DNA from: Mizuhopecten yessoensis | Taxonomy: Eukaryota | Assembly: GCF_002113885.1 (NCBI RefSeq) | Contig: NW_018405604.1 | Span: 68,830-132,829, forward strand | DNA length: 64,000 nt | Direction: 5' to 3' | Shown here: in pieces, positions 62,281 through 64,000 of the stretch | How the letters are laid out: each line of letters begins with the position of its first letter | Position numbering within the stretch: position 1 is the stretch's first letter | Notes under the pieces: model-generated | What the model was told of the DNA's origin: nothing | The model's database searches: none | What the model saw: the letters and a program-made list of their open reading frames with translations, nothing else | Translations under genes and position numbers: made by a program

Positions 62281-64000
62281 ATGGCACAGTCTAGTATGCT
62301 AGAGTTGCTGGCCCTCACAGACGCAGCGGTCAAGGGCCTGGACAAATCTGTGAGGTCTTCCTCTGCCAGTAGTCGTTCTTCACGTGGATCAGTTGGAAAA
62401 GCTGAACATTATGACTCACCAAGTCATGACAGTGGTATATGTAAAACCAATACTGTAACGGAGAAAAATAGAGGCCCACCTTTAGGTCACCTAATTCATG
62501 ACTCAGATGAGAGCACTACAGCAAGTGATGTTTTGATAACATCCACCACTGTTGATCCTGACCAAAGGAGCTTTATGTTGCAGGATGGGGAAAACTTGAG
62601 TAATGTTTCAAAATGTTCCAAAATATCAATTGGATCAGAAAATTTTAATACTTCTGGAGCACAAAAAGTAAAAATTTCAACCAAGAGACTGAGAGAAATT
62701 AAGTCCCCTTTTGAAACAAGTCCAAGAGGCAGAGAAGATAAAGAAAACGATAAACAAAGTGCCCCAGCTGTTAGGAAAGCACCTATTAAACCAGGTGAAA
62801 GATCAGTGGATGCCTCAGGTATGAACAGTGATGACAAAAATTTAAGTAAGAATGCCATTGCCAAACCTGTGGTTTCAAAAACTAGCAATTTCAAAGTACA
62901 GTCTGCACCTAGAGGTCTCAGTGAGATCACAAAAAGAGACAACAAGGAAGACGACCACTTCTTTTCACCAATGCAAACTCAAAGATCTGACACCTTTGAT
63001 GAGTTTTCTCCTCGAGATGAAGGCAAGGAGTTAATAGAAAGAAAAGGAATCAAAACACACGTAACCCCATCAAACACTTCGGATCCTTACAGAGTAAGTA
63101 AACAAAAGGCTGCAGGGGTCATTGTGGAGAGGCATACACCGAAAAAGATGATTCAGCCGGAGAGGAAGAAACATCTGGAGGAATCCCAGAGTGACCATGG
63201 AAAAGATCCAACATTAGACCTCAGTGGTAGTGTTGATCTGCTTGAAAAAGAAGGTATGCTTATGGTCTAACACACTTTATAATCTGTCTGAATATATTTA
63301 CATACTACAAATTTAATTAATTTGTTCATATTATCACAAAAATAATCAAAAACAAATTCAATAGTACTTGTATTTATATGCTTGTGCAAGAGGTTTTGAT
63401 GCAATTAAATTATAGTTTAGCTTCAATATATTGAAATTGAGAATTCAGTCTAAAATGATTTTGAATCAATAAGATCAAAATGTTTGACTTTTCAGTGTTA
63501 TTTGTTAATATACAAAATTTAGAAGGGAACCAAACAGTATTGGCATGGTATATGATTTGACAAATGTTTTTCTCTTGTAGTTGCCTCCCCTGTTCTAAAT
63601 GTAAGTGGGAGTAGTCAACCAGAGATAGTCACAATAAAGGAGAGGATTGTCACAGTGTCAGCACGTACATCACTGTCAACAGACGCCTCTCTCAGTGATA
63701 CCGGGCCACTGGAACAGGAGGAAGAAAGGGTCCCACCAATGCTGTCTGCCAGATATCAACTAGGGTCAAAGGTCATCTTATTAGATATTTACTATGCTTC
63801 TAAATATGTGATTTCTATGACACTCCATTTTTAGCAGTAAGAAAGTTAATACCATCACTAATTTCTAGGTTTTAACATATTTGAAATTTATTCTTGGAAG
63901 TATAATTAAATTTGACTAATACAAATATTCATTATATAATAGTAAGCTCATAAAAGGTTGTAACTTTTTAACAGATGACTGGTGGAGGTCTACGTCAGGG
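62281..64000 (+). CDS. Probable TALPID3/KIAA0586-like centriolar protein, N-terminal exons (continues beyond window)
   Basis: Acceptor at 62272-62273, Kozak-like accATGG, 973-nt coding exon to a donor after 63253, in-phase exon 63581-~63771, next acceptor ~63974. The protein is low-complexity. QKVKISTKRLREI resembles recalled human KIAA0586 KKIKMPVKRLREV, and the gene is head-to-head with a Tim9 gene as in human. Coding status is more secure than the identity. Confidence 0.6.

Noticed and set aside
62496-62945. 149-aa minus-strand ORF
   Set aside because: Antisense shadow of the large plus-strand coding exon.

Overview
Intron-rich animal genomic DNA, AT-rich; the repeat types resemble those of bivalve molluscs (inference). 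I reconstructed seven spliced genes by hand from GT-AG exons with matching phases. (1) 3' part of an LRRC74-like LRR + EF-hand gene (+, 1616-11681). (2) Kaptin/KPTN (-, 27675-37598). (3) PNO1 (+, 37665-42981), head-to-head with KPTN, with only 66 bp between the ATGs. (4-6) Three divergent Tim9-like small mitochondrial chaperone genes (44763-46876 -, 50280-51768 +, 55777-57060 -), all missed by the ORF track. (7) 5' part of a probable TALPID3/KIAA0586 gene (+, from 62281), divergent from the third Tim9 copy as human TIMM9 is from KIAA0586. A decayed ~8.8 kb Polinton/Maverick-type element (15598-24390) has hairpin-ended TIRs with inward TATA/Inr promoters and carries integrase, protein-primed PolB, two BIR/IAP-like genes and a RING gene. 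Three KPTN exon boundaries have been amplified into tandem arrays of decoy splice sites, each followed by an in-frame stop. Other elements are a Tc1-like transposon, TAG..CTA MITEs with 9-bp TSDs, a TIR element with a RecQ-like fragment (AcademH-like), Helentron/HINE-like elements and minisatellites. One KPTN exon is missing at a repeat mosaic that may be a misassembly. All homology calls come from recognised motifs; no database searches were run.
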